Of a DNA stretch of 64,000 bases, positions 17,571-26,758 are shown piece after piece. Source of the stretch: Candidatus Micrarchaeota archaeon. Lineage in GTDB: Archaea > Micrarchaeota > Micrarchaeia > Micrarchaeales > CABMGC01. Under the pieces are notes generated by a model, which saw only the letters and a list, made by a program, of their open reading frames with translations, had not been told where the DNA came from and did no database searches. The stretch is taken from the NCBI GenBank assembly GCA_027319905.1, contig DAHVMJ010000001.1, positions 32,001 to 96,000 of the forward strand. The letters are read 5' to 3'. Position 1 is the first letter of the stretch. Every line of letters begins with the position of its first letter. Both the position numbers and the translations under genes were made by a program.

Positions 17571-18050
17571 ATGACAGAAAACTGCGTATTTTGTAAAATA
17601 TACGCCGAGAACGCTGACGTGGTGTTCGAGACGCGCAAGTTTGCGGGCCAGTTCGATAAGTTCCCAGTAGCGCCAGGGCACATGGAGGTGTTCACCAAGA
17701 GGCACGTGGCAGATTTCTTCGAGCTGACGAATGACGAACGCAGGGATCTCCTGGTCGCACTTCAGAGGGGGCTCGAGGCGACCAGAACCGCGGATCTGCG
17801 CACCGTTTACAGGCGGTTCATAGATAAGCCTCTCAACGCGAAATCTGCAGAGTTCTGCAAGGACGCGTTGCTCAACCTCGAACTGAGAAGCCGCAGGGAT
17901 GGGGAGAACATAGGGATAAACAACGGCAGAGCCGCAGGAAGAACTGTAGACCACCTGCACGCGCACATAATTCCGAGATACGTCGGCGACATGGCAAACC
18001 CGGCGGGAGGGGTGCGGTACGTCATTCCTGAAAAAGGAAACTACAAATGA
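17571..18050 (+). CDS. HIT-family nucleotide hydrolase
   Basis: CVFC, DKFPVAPGH, NIGINNGRAAGRTVDHLHAHIIPRY, GGVRYVIP; about 30-aa internal insertion. Confidence 0.92.
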   Translation: MTENCVFCKIYAENADVVFETRKFAGQFDKFPVAPGHMEVFTKRHVADFFELTNDERRDLLVALQRGLEATRTADLRTVYRRFIDKPLNAKSAEFCKDALLNLELRSRRDGENIGINNGRAAGRTVDHLHAHIIPRYVGDMANPAGGVRYVIPEKGNYK

Positions 18051-18059
18051 CGTGGCAAG

Positions 18060-18629
18060 ATGGCGCAGACAAACGTCATGGAAATCGCTCCGATAACGCT
18101 AGATAAGAGATATCAGCTCTGTGCAGGTCTGATGAGGCAGTCAAAGAGTGACAACGAGAGATATGGTTGCATAATAGTAAAAGACGGAGCTGTGGTGGGG
18201 ACCGGACAAAACAGGGCGATATCGCATCCGCACTTCAGGCTTGAAAGGGAGATAAGACAGGGCTATAGCAATCATGCGGAGATTGAGGGGCTGAACGACG
18301 TCCTGATGAAGACAAAACGCAGGAGCGACGCTCTGGAAACGCTAAAGGATGCGGACATTTTCGTTTCAGGATATTTCCCGAGGACGAAGCAGCTCTTCTT
18401 CCACGACAGGTATACGTGCATAAGGTGTCCTCCTCATATGAGGCGTTTCGATATCAGAAGCGTAAACATCCCGCTGCCCACGCGCTGGGTCAGAAAGGGA
18501 GTCGACGATGCTTTGAAAGAGGCGAGGGAGTTCACCAACGGAACACATCGAAAGAGGCTCGTGGCTACCGTCGGTTCTTTCAGCATAGATCGCGCCGTCG
18601 GCGTCCATACGCAGGAGCTGGCCAGATAG
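18060..18629 (+). CDS. Zinc-dependent nucleotide/nucleoside deaminase (CDA fold)
   Basis: YGCIIVKDGAVVGTGQN, HAE, CIRC. Confidence 0.82.
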   Translation: MAQTNVMEIAPITLDKRYQLCAGLMRQSKSDNERYGCIIVKDGAVVGTGQNRAISHPHFRLEREIRQGYSNHAEIEGLNDVLMKTKRRSDALETLKDADIFVSGYFPRTKQLFFHDRYTCIRCPPHMRRFDIRSVNIPLPTRWVRKGVDDALKEAREFTNGTHRKRLVATVGSFSIDRAVGVHTQELAR

Positions 18630-18646
18630 GCATGCGGGTAAGGGTT

Positions 18647-18657
18647 GCGGCCTGGAA
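18647..18657 (+). repeat. 11-bp direct repeat GCGGCCTGGAA, right copy
   Basis: Identical to 17527-17537. Confidence 0.8.
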
Positions 18658-18697
18658 CCTATTTATTTCTGACATTTTACATCTAAGCTGACAGATT

Positions 18698-19438
18698 ATG
18701 ACAACCTATCCAATAGTTGAACGGAAATATTTCATAAGCGAGAAGATAGACGAGACACAGGAGGTTCTGATAATCGGCATGAGACCCGAGGACGGCAAGC
18801 CCAATTCGTTCGATCCGGGCATGTTCATGATGATATCGGGAATCGACAAGCAGACGGGCGAGAAGCACGTTGCTCGTGCCATGTCAATTGCCTCAGACCC
18901 CTCTTCCGTCAACGTTGAGTTCTTCGTGATAAAGAATCCGATACACGGAGAACACATAGGCAGGTCGCACTTCGCTGATGTTGAGATCAACGATCCTTTC
19001 GTGCTCAAAGGGCCAAGCGGCCAGTTCAGGTTCGACCCGAACAAGGACAAGAAGGTGCTCTTCATCGCGGGCGGAACCGGACTTTCGCCCTTCATGTCCA
19101 TGCTAAGGCACATGCGTGTTCTGGGCACAAATGCTGACATAGTGATGCTCTACAGCATAAAGTATCCGACAGAGATAATCAGGAAGCAGGAGCTCGCCGA
19201 GATGGAGAAGACGTTGAATCTGAGGACGATTGTTACAGTGACCAGACCCGCACCAGGGGACGGATGGACTGGGCAGACGGGGCACGTGGATTCGAGCATG
19301 ATACAGAAGTACGCCACCGATTTCCCGGAAAGAATGGCCTACGTGTGCGGTCCGCTTGCGTTCGTGAAGGCAGTCAAAGATGCGCTGACGGCATTGAACG
19401 TTCCGGCAAATAGAGTAAGCGCCGACGTGTGGGGCTAG
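18698..19438 (+). CDS. FAD/NAD(P)H oxidoreductase, ferredoxin-NADP reductase family
   Basis: RAMSIAS, GPSGQF, FIAGGTGLSPFMSM, YVCGP. Confidence 0.9.
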   Translation: MTTYPIVERKYFISEKIDETQEVLIIGMRPEDGKPNSFDPGMFMMISGIDKQTGEKHVARAMSIASDPSSVNVEFFVIKNPIHGEHIGRSHFADVEINDPFVLKGPSGQFRFDPNKDKKVLFIAGGTGLSPFMSMLRHMRVLGTNADIVMLYSIKYPTEIIRKQELAEMEKTLNLRTIVTVTRPAPGDGWTGQTGHVDSSMIQKYATDFPERMAYVCGPLAFVKAVKDALTALNVPANRVSADVWG

Positions 19439-19442
19439 CCTG

Positions 19443-19634
19443 CTATTCGGCTCTTTCAAACTCGAGATCGACAACAGCATCTTCGGGCAGGTCGAAGCCG
19501 TACTGTTCCTTTATCTTCTTTGCGGCAAGCTCTTTGAACTGGCGCATGGTCGTTTTTTCGTTGGCTTCCACCATCACGGTGTAGGTGAAGTCGCTACCGC
19601 TTACAGTTACCCTGTACTTTTTCTCTCCGCTTAT
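19443..19634 (-). CDS. Small hypothetical protein (63 aa, apparent ATA start)
   Basis: Not in the ORF track. (M)SGEKKYRVTVSGSDFTYTVMVEANEKTTMRQFKELAAKKIKEQYGFDLPEDAVVDLEFERAE fills the gap between two genes. Confidence 0.65.
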   Translation of the reverse strand: MSGEKKYRVTVSGSDFTYTVMVEANEKTTMRQFKELAAKKIKEQYGFDLPEDAVVDLEFERAE

Positions 19635-19677
19635 GCCACTCGCCTATAAAAAGAGCCGAAAGGAAGAGCGGGCCGCA

Positions 19678-20040
19678 TCAGCTGGCCTTTGAGGTGGACG
19701 AGGAGACGCTTTCTACTATGTTCTCGCACTTCTCAACCAGCTTGATCACGTCCTTTAGCCTTGGGTTGATGCCATAGCCAAGATCGTAGCCGCGTTCTGT
19801 GCGTATGTGAGTTGGCTGAAGCACGCTTAGGTTCATCGACAGATTCCTGAGCGTGATGATCAGCGTCTTTCTGGTGAACTGTTTGCCGAGTATCTGGTAG
19901 AGTTCCCTCGTAGTCCTGGGAGACTTCTCCATCAGCAGTTTCAGAACCGCGAAGTTAGGTTTGCTCAGCACCTTTCTGAGCATCCAGATCTTGTCTTCGC
20001 CCCTCTCTCTCCTTGCCATACGCGTTAAATTCGATACCAA
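19678..20040 (-). CDS. Winged helix-turn-helix transcriptional regulator (HxlR/ArsR-like)
   Basis: VLKLLMEKSPRTTRELYQIL...TRKTLIITLRNL helix pattern plus wing. Likely ATG at 20019. Confidence 0.65.
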   Translation of the reverse strand: MVSNLTRMARRERGEDKIWMLRKVLSKPNFAVLKLLMEKSPRTTRELYQILGKQFTRKTLIITLRNLSMNLSVLQPTHIRTERGYDLGYGINPRLKDVIKLVEKCENIVESVSSSTSKAS

Positions 20041-20124
20041 ATTATATAAATGTAACCAGTCTTGCCATCGCGTAGCGGCGGTGAACCGCGGTAAAATGCA
20101 AAGAAACGGAAAGATATAAGAATA

Positions 20125-21678
20125 TTGAGCGACACTATACTACATATGTTTTACCTAAGTAAAAGATTGAGGAGTATAGTAAATAAATTAGCTGGGACTC
20201 CTAAACCTGTCTCAGGCCCCCTCCGTTCCAGGCTAAGTTTTCTCATGGACATGGAGGAAGGGTACCGGATTGTGGAGCCGCTTGGGGGATTGGTGCCCAG
20301 GGCGCTGGGGAAGGATAGTACGGGTTACCGCTATATCGTCGGAAATGGGTGCGTGAGGCTGAGCGGCGTTGAGGTGCTGCACGCAGAGGAGGCGAAACAC
20401 GCGGTTGTGGACGCGTTTGCCGGTTCCGGTGAAGCCGAGATGAGCGTGGGGGCCCTGGATAAGGCACGCAAAATAGCGGCGGGAAGCCTGCTCCAGAGCA
20501 CGGCGAAAGAACGAGCCGATTTCATCTCATACCTGGTGGCTCACGACACCGTGGGCTACGGGCCGATAAGCATGCTGATGGAGGACAGGAAGAGGATAGA
20601 GGAGATAGAGATCAACGCGCCCTCGTCACGCATAAACGTATTCCACGTAGACTATGGAAGATGCTCGACAAACCTGAGATTTGCGAACGAGGATGCGTTT
20701 AGGCACAATATCAACAAGCTTATTTACGAGACGGATAAGGAACTGCGCGATGACACGCCAATCATAGATGCACAGGTCGGGGATGCGAGAGTGCATGCAC
20801 AGATAAGACCCTATGCACTGAGCGGTGCGGCTGCGTCTATACGTCTTGCAGACAACAGGCTTGTGGGCCCGAACTACCTGATAAAGAAAGGCACGACAGA
20901 CTTCGACACGCTTGCGTACCTCTGGCTAGCTGTGGACTCGGGACTGAACATCATAATAGCCGGAGCTCCGGCGAGCGGCAAGACAACCATGATGAGCGCA
21001 CTCTTTGGATTGCTGCCAAGAACGGAGAAGATACTGACCATAGAGGAGGAGGTTAACGAGCTGAAGATAAAGCTGGATATAAACAACAGCGTTGCGCTCT
21101 ACGGGGATGGCCGTGGAGGCAGAACGAATACACGGGAGCAAGTGATGAACGCCCTTCGCATGAGACCAGACAGGCTGGTCGTGGGAGAGGTGCGCGGCGC
21201 CGAGACCCGCGAGCTCTTCTCAGGCGCGAGCCTGGGCATTCCGTTCATGACAACGATGCACAGCAACTCAGGAGGCCTTGACATAGTGAAGAAGCTGATC
21301 ATCACGCCCATGGATGTTGAGGTGCGTTCGCTGAGTTCGCTCGATATCGCGCTGTACATGAAGCACATAGATGTTTCGCGCAGGGTACTGGGTGAGGTGT
21401 ACGAGTACAGGTGGCTTAGCAGGGCGGAGACGGAAAAGCTGGGCACGGTCATAGAGGGGAGCGACTCAGTCGATGTGAACTGTGCTGTCAGCAATGGCAG
21501 GCTGGACAGGGGCGCCATTACTGGATCCAAAGTGGTGGAGGCGTTCTCTAAAAAGAACGGACTATCGAAAGCTTTGGTTGTGAAAGAGTTGGACAGGCGT
21601 TCAGAATTCCTGAGGGTAGCTTGCGAAGGATGCGCCAGTTCGGTCGAGGTCTTGGAGAAGATACAGGGATATGCATGA
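20125..21678 (+). CDS. Type IV pilus/secretion ATPase (VirB11/TadA/ArlI family)
   Basis: GYGPI...IEEIEIN, Walker A GAPASGKTT, TIEE, LRMRPDRLVVGEVRG, TTMH. Start uncertain. Confidence 0.92.
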   Translation: MSDTILHMFYLSKRLRSIVNKLAGTPKPVSGPLRSRLSFLMDMEEGYRIVEPLGGLVPRALGKDSTGYRYIVGNGCVRLSGVEVLHAEEAKHAVVDAFAGSGEAEMSVGALDKARKIAAGSLLQSTAKERADFISYLVAHDTVGYGPISMLMEDRKRIEEIEINAPSSRINVFHVDYGRCSTNLRFANEDAFRHNINKLIYETDKELRDDTPIIDAQVGDARVHAQIRPYALSGAAASIRLADNRLVGPNYLIKKGTTDFDTLAYLWLAVDSGLNIIIAGAPASGKTTMMSALFGLLPRTEKILTIEEEVNELKIKLDINNSVALYGDGRGGRTNTREQVMNALRMRPDRLVVGEVRGAETRELFSGASLGIPFMTTMHSNSGGLDIVKKLIITPMDVEVRSLSSLDIALYMKHIDVSRRVLGEVYEYRWLSRAETEKLGTVIEGSDSVDVNCAVSNGRLDRGAITGSKVVEAFSKKNGLSKALVVKELDRRSEFLRVACEGCASSVEVLEKIQGYA

Positions 21679-22328
21679 TGCGCGTGCGTCCGCATATGTT
21701 GGTGAAAACTATTGCGCTTGAGCTTGCGGCATTACTGCTTGCGCTCGTTGTCTATTATGCAAATGACCTTCCCGGGCCGGCGTGGTTTGCAGGTATTCTT
21801 GCTGCGGCCAACGCGTGCGCGCTTGCGATGTACGCACTACTCCAGGCAAACACGAGGACGTACCTGGAAAAGACCAGCGGATCCGCGTTCGTTGACTATC
21901 TTCACAGGGTTCTGTATCGCGTGCGTTCCGGTCATTCCTATACGAGGTCGCTGGTGGAATCTGCAAAGGAGATACGCATTGAAAGCCTCAGAAGATCGAC
22001 GCTGGTACACGCGCTGGGGCGCCTGATGGACTGGGATGCGGAACCTGCGGGGGAGGGAACTGGATGGATAGAGACAGAGATACAGAGGCATAGCCGCAGG
22101 GATGAGTCACGGAAGACTGACATAGAGGAAGGCGCACAGCGATATGCCACCTTCAACATGTTCCTATCCACCGTTCTGCCTTCTTTTCTTGTCTTTGCCT
22201 TCATAGGCGACAGCATACTCTCGCATGCCTATTTCGGCATGCTGCTCTTCTCCTTTTTCCTAGTGTTTATCATGCCAGTAATGTATTCTGCCGGAAGTTT
22301 TCTGATGTGGAGGCGGTTGTTTGCGTAG
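21675..22328 (+). CDS. Type IV pilus membrane platform protein (TadB/C-like, divergent)
   Basis: Four TM segments flanking a cytoplasmic domain; ATGA overlap with the ATPase gene. Confidence 0.6.
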   Translation: MMRVRPHMLVKTIALELAALLLALVVYYANDLPGPAWFAGILAAANACALAMYALLQANTRTYLEKTSGSAFVDYLHRVLYRVRSGHSYTRSLVESAKEIRIESLRRSTLVHALGRLMDWDAEPAGEGTGWIETEIQRHSRRDESRKTDIEEGAQRYATFNMFLSTVLPSFLVFAFIGDSILSHAYFGMLLFSFFLVFIMPVMYSAGSFLMWRRLFA

Positions 22329-22950
22329 TACAATATCGGAGAGAAACAGGCAGGGAGACGAGCACGCGCTTGTGCTAGCACACGAGCTTGCTATGGAAAA
22401 AAAGAGGCTGCTGCTGAAGAGACTGTTTGCTTGTGCTGGCGGAAACGTACAGTTGGGAAGGATAGCCACGGAATTGCGTCTCACAGGCTCCTGCTGCGAC
22501 ACGCATTTGCTCTGTGCAAACGAGGCGACCGGAGAACTGATGGCGCTTGTGACCCAGGGAGTAGAGCGTGGCACAAACGTCAGCGTGGCGCTGGGCCTTT
22601 TGGAGACGCGCCTGGAAAACAGGATGCAGGAAGGGAATAGGTTTAAAGCAAAGGCTGGCGCGCCGCTTGCGCTGGTCTACATGGGGATGGGTGTCTTCTT
22701 CCCCCTCTTCTCAGGAATAAGCGCAGTGATTCTGACAGGATCGCTCGGCGCGTCGAGCTCTGTGGGTTCTCTCGCACAGGGCTTCATGCTCGTTACGTCG
22801 CTATATGTGGCTGTCACGCTCTGCCTCTCCGCTGCGTTCGCACATCCCGAAAGACGCGTAGTACAGAATATTGTTTCGATTCTTCCGTATCTCGGGCTGG
22901 GAATCACGATAACGCTTACCTCGCATGCATATCTGACCGGAATACTATGA
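22321..22950 (+). CDS. Type IV pilus membrane platform protein (TadC/GspF-like)
   Basis: LVTQGVERGTNVSVAL then GMGVFFPLFSGI TM, a GspF/TadC-like pattern. Confidence 0.65.
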   Translation: MRSTISERNRQGDEHALVLAHELAMEKKRLLLKRLFACAGGNVQLGRIATELRLTGSCCDTHLLCANEATGELMALVTQGVERGTNVSVALGLLETRLENRMQEGNRFKAKAGAPLALVYMGMGVFFPLFSGISAVILTGSLGASSSVGSLAQGFMLVTSLYVAVTLCLSAAFAHPERRVVQNIVSILPYLGLGITITLTSHAYLTGIL

Positions 22951-22959
22951 GGTGGAAAA

Positions 22960-23226
22960 ATGGAAAAGATTGGGAAGACAGTATACGGGCTCTTGCCAGC
23001 AGGCGCGCTTGCGTTTTTGGCGCTTGCCAAGAGCAAGAAGGCGCAGAGCTCCCTGGAGTACATAATGATGGTGGCCGCAGCGAGCATAGTGATCGTGCTG
23101 GCGCTGGCCATGGTCGTTAAGCTCAAGGGCGCTGTTGTGAGCAACGTGAGCATGAACGGCGCGAATGTGAGCGTCTCCAGCGCGATAAGCAGGGAACTTG
23201 CTTCGCTTACGAGCAACAGCGTATAG
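22960..23226 (+). CDS. Type IV pilin with class III signal peptide
   Basis: KKA/QSSLEYIMMVAAASIVIVLALAMVV; SD GAGGTG upstream. Confidence 0.85.
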   Translation: MEKIGKTVYGLLPAGALAFLALAKSKKAQSSLEYIMMVAAASIVIVLALAMVVKLKGAVVSNVSMNGANVSVSSAISRELASLTSNSV

Positions 23227-23603
23227 ATGAGGGCACGAGGGCCCAGCTGTCGCTAGAGCTTCTCCTCTATCTAGCTCTGGCTGGGCTCTCATTCGCTTTG
23301 GCGCTCGGAGCGGTGGCCAGAACCTATGCCGGCCTCTCCGGAAGCTTCGGCGCGTTCGAGATATCGCAATTAGTGGACTCGCTCAACACAGCCATGCTGG
23401 GCTCTTCATCCTCGGGCAACTTCTACCTGCCCCGCGGGCTGTGCAACTCCTCGATAGCCGGAAACTCTGTCTCTACAAGAGACGGCACGTTCTATTTCAT
23501 CTACAGAGTCTCGGCGCAGAACGGTCTGATGTGCCCAGATGGTGAGTATGCGACAATCGGAATCAAGATAGAGAACGGGACAGCGTATCTTAGCCGTTCC
23601 TGA
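23223..23603 (+). CDS. Minor pilin with class III signal peptide (ATA start or 5' frameshift)
   Basis: In-frame RA/QLSLELLLYLALAGLSFALALG lies upstream of the first canonical start (TTG 23298). Confidence 0.7.
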   Translation: MDEGTRAQLSLELLLYLALAGLSFALALGAVARTYAGLSGSFGAFEISQLVDSLNTAMLGSSSSGNFYLPRGLCNSSIAGNSVSTRDGTFYFIYRVSAQNGLMCPDGEYATIGIKIENGTAYLSRS

Positions 23604-23732
23604 GGCTTGCGGAAGAATGCAAACGCGGGTTCGTTGATCGTCAAATCAGTAAAACAATCAACGTATTTGCACATAAGCCGTATAAATCTGAAGCGCCAAT
23701 TCTGCCTGGGGAAGACGTAAGATCGAGGAGGT

Positions 23733-24866
23733 GTGCCTATTGGGGAGTATGGCGCACGTGAAGCAAGGCTAAAGCAGATAGCTGAACTCAAGACAGAGTT
23801 GCTGAGCAAGGAAGCCTTCAACGTGCTGAAACACGAACTGCGGAAGAACGACAACGCTAGCGTAGGCGTTATTCTGGACAAGCTGCACTACGCCAAAAAA
23901 GTGATGAATGCAAAGAACGCGGACGAGGCAAGCAGGAAGGTGCTACTCAAGATCACGCGGTTGCAGCTCATGGCTGCGAGAGGGGCGGTGAAGGACGAGG
24001 AGACCAATGAGGCGATAAGCGCACTTGCCGAGTATGTTCTCGAGCACCTGGGCAATAGAGAGTGGTCGGCGCTAGCGCTTACGCTGGATGAGGCGCATCC
24101 TGGCCTCAGAATAGCGCCGGACCTTGTGCGTTTGCTTTTGGTGAGCGAGAACCCGGAGGCCGCTGTCAGGAAGTACAAGAAGGAAGCGGAAGCGGCAATG
24201 GACGCGGCGCCGTTTTCGTTCAGGGCAAGTGTGGTAAGCAGCATAGAGCACGGAGTGGCGAGAAAGGGACCCGAACACATAGTCCCGTTCGTAGAGAGCG
24301 AGATCGACTGGGGCACGGGCAAGATAAAGGCGAAGTACCTCTTCCTCATGGCCAGGTACGAAACGGACACGAAGGTAAATGGACCTGTCATAAACGTGGC
24401 CAATCTGGCGTTGAATCCAGTTCCAGAATACGAGCCCTTGGGAGCGAAGCTCAAAGTGGAGAAGCTGGGAAGGCTCAGGCTTGTGGCCGCGCTGAGCAGG
24501 ATACACTGGATACCGTACATCGTGCCGGTCGAGCTTATAGAGACGACGCACAGCGGAAAGCTAAAGGTCACGGCGATGCCTGACACAAACAGCGTGATAT
24601 ACGGGCACGGGTTCGTCTTTGTGACCGCCCATCCCGAGTCAACGTACACGACCATACTTGAACTCAACCCAGAGCTGCATCGCTGGATTCACGCGAGCCA
24701 GGAGGCGTTCCTGGCGATAGAGATGCAACAGGCACCTGGATGGTACAAGGAGGGAGACAGGCACGACAAGATGGAGATTAAAATGGTACTCAGGAAGACG
24801 CCGAACATGAACGAGGTACTTGCCAAGAACCTGAGACTGAAGAACGAGCTGATGCTCGCAGCCTAA
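23733..24866 (+). CDS. Hypothetical protein
   Basis: 377-aa ORF with strong SD GGAGGTG; helical N-terminal half, no assured motif. Confidence 0.7.
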   Translation: MPIGEYGAREARLKQIAELKTELLSKEAFNVLKHELRKNDNASVGVILDKLHYAKKVMNAKNADEASRKVLLKITRLQLMAARGAVKDEETNEAISALAEYVLEHLGNREWSALALTLDEAHPGLRIAPDLVRLLLVSENPEAAVRKYKKEAEAAMDAAPFSFRASVVSSIEHGVARKGPEHIVPFVESEIDWGTGKIKAKYLFLMARYETDTKVNGPVINVANLALNPVPEYEPLGAKLKVEKLGRLRLVAALSRIHWIPYIVPVELIETTHSGKLKVTAMPDTNSVIYGHGFVFVTAHPESTYTTILELNPELHRWIHASQEAFLAIEMQQAPGWYKEGDRHDKMEIKMVLRKTPNMNEVLAKNLRLKNELMLAA

Positions 24867-24914
24867 ACAAAAAGGAATCGTTTTATACCTGCACTTCCGA
24901 ATTAAAGCGATTGA

Positions 24915-25532
24915 ATGGTTGATCTACTTACGACAGTCGGAATAGTGGTCGTTGTCATAGTCGCAGCGGCGGTGCTGATATTCAACGGCCTGATAGGCAA
25001 ACGCAACCGCGTTCAGGATGCGTGGGCGCAGATAGACGTGCAGCTGAAGCGAAGGTATGATCTCATCCCCAACCTTGTGGAAACTGTAAAGGGATACATG
25101 AAGTACGAGAAGAGCGTGCTCACTCAGATCACGCAGCTGCGGAGCTCGATAGTATCTGGAAGCGTGCAGGACAAGGCGCAGGCGAACAACATGCTCAGCG
25201 GTGCGCTGAAGAGCCTCTTTGCAGTGGCGGAGAACTACCCTGACCTGAAGGCCTCGCAGACCTACCAGAACCTGCAGACAGAACTCGAGAACACGGAGAA
25301 CAAGATCTCCTTTGTCAGGACATCGTACAACGACTACGTGCTTGATTACAACAATGCGATCCAGCAGTTCCCAGGCAACATACTCGCGGGCCCGATGGGC
25401 TTCAAGCGCATGGACTTCTTCCAGGCGCCAGAGGAAGAGACGGGCGCGATAAAGGTCGACCTGACGAGCGACAACAGCGGTACCGGATCGGCGCCAACTG
25501 CGCCGGGATCCAAAGCGCAGAAGAAGCAGTAA
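24915..25532 (+). CDS. lemA: LemA family protein
   Basis: AWAQIDVQLKRRYDLIPNLVETVKGY, AVAENYPDLKAS, ENKI...YN. Confidence 0.96.
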   Translation: MVDLLTTVGIVVVVIVAAAVLIFNGLIGKRNRVQDAWAQIDVQLKRRYDLIPNLVETVKGYMKYEKSVLTQITQLRSSIVSGSVQDKAQANNMLSGALKSLFAVAENYPDLKASQTYQNLQTELENTENKISFVRTSYNDYVLDYNNAIQQFPGNILAGPMGFKRMDFFQAPEEETGAIKVDLTSDNSGTGSAPTAPGSKAQKKQ

Positions 25533-25544
25533 CGGTGAAGCAGC

Positions 25545-26441
25545 ATGGCCAGTTTCTTTGACGAAATAGCGCGCAATAATCTCAAATCCTTCCTACTGCT
25601 TGCCATATTCGCCGCCTTATTCATCGGCATAATCTACCTGGTAGTGTACCTGCTCGGCGGCGGCATCTTCGCATTCGCCATTGGCGCTATGATAGTGCTG
25701 CTCTATGCCGTATTCACGTATTACAGCGGGGACAGGGTGGTGCTCGCGGTTTCCAAGGCGAAGGAAGCCGACGAGAAACAGTACCAGAACCTCTACGCAT
25801 CTGTAGAAGGGCTTTCATCGGCGATGCAGATCAAGATGCCGAAGATCTACATAATAAACGACCCGAACCCCAATGCCTTCGCCACGGGAAGGAAGAGCAA
25901 GCCCTCTATTGCATTTACAACCGGGCTTCTGCAGATGATGGGCAGGGACGAGCTCGAGGGCGTAATCTCGCATGAGCTGTCACACATATCAGACAACGAT
26001 ACACTGGTGATGACTGTCGCAATAGCGTTTGCCGGAGCGATAGGACTCATCGCCGCGTACCTGAGGCTGTCCGTATTCTTTGGGGGCTTTGGAGGCAGGG
26101 GCAGAAACAACGAAGGCCCGCTCCTGCTGGTTGCACTTGCGGTAGGAATACTTGCGCCGCTCTTCGCGCTGCTAACGCGCCTTGCGATATCGAGGAGGAG
26201 GGAGTATATGGCCGACGCGAACGGGGCCAGGGTCACAAGAAACCCTGCCGAACTCGCGAGCGCGCTAAAGAAGATACAGGCGTATGAGAAGAACCCGAAC
26301 AGTACTCCAGTAGCGCACGCAAACGAGGTGACGGCTTCGCTGTACTTCGCAAACCCATTCAAGGCGGGCAACTTCGCCAACATCTTTTCGACGCATCCGC
26401 CGATAGAGGAGAGAATAAAGAGACTGCAGACGATGTACTAG
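25545..26441 (+). CDS. htpX: Zinc metalloprotease HtpX (M48)
   Basis: PNAFATG, HELSH, SRRREYMADA, FSTHPP; follows lemA. Confidence 0.95.
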   Translation: MASFFDEIARNNLKSFLLLAIFAALFIGIIYLVVYLLGGGIFAFAIGAMIVLLYAVFTYYSGDRVVLAVSKAKEADEKQYQNLYASVEGLSSAMQIKMPKIYIINDPNPNAFATGRKSKPSIAFTTGLLQMMGRDELEGVISHELSHISDNDTLVMTVAIAFAGAIGLIAAYLRLSVFFGGFGGRGRNNEGPLLLVALAVGILAPLFALLTRLAISRRREYMADANGARVTRNPAELASALKKIQAYEKNPNSTPVAHANEVTASLYFANPFKAGNFANIFSTHPPIEERIKRLQTMY

Positions 26442-26677
26442 AACTTCCTGCTCTCGCGCTCCACGTACCGCCTGAACTGACCAGCATAGTAGAAGAAGAT
26501 GACGGTAACTGGCGCTGAGACCCAGCCAGCGAGACCAAACATGCCGCCGAGCACGGCGGATACGCCTCCGATGTAGAAAAGGAAACTGTAGTTCGACCAT
26601 CCGATCCTCATGCTGTCTATGAATTCGGCTATGGTCGAGCGTGACGCGTGTCTGGCAAGTCTCCTTATGACAGGTAT
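26438..26677 (-). CDS. Small two-TM membrane protein
   Basis: Not in the ORF track. ...MRIGWSNYSFLFYIGGVSAVLGGMFGLAGWVSAPVTVIFFYYAGQFRRYVERESRKF. ATA start at 26677 or ATG at 26611. Confidence 0.6.
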   Translation of the reverse strand: MPVIRRLARHASRSTIAEFIDSMRIGWSNYSFLFYIGGVSAVLGGMFGLAGWVSAPVTVIFFYYAGQFRRYVERESRKF

Positions 26678-26758
26678 CCAATCGCCTTGTGGAGGTTTTC
26701 CTTGTGGAAAATAGCTTTATAATTTTTGACCCTTGCGAAGGAAAAGCGGAAGAAAAGG

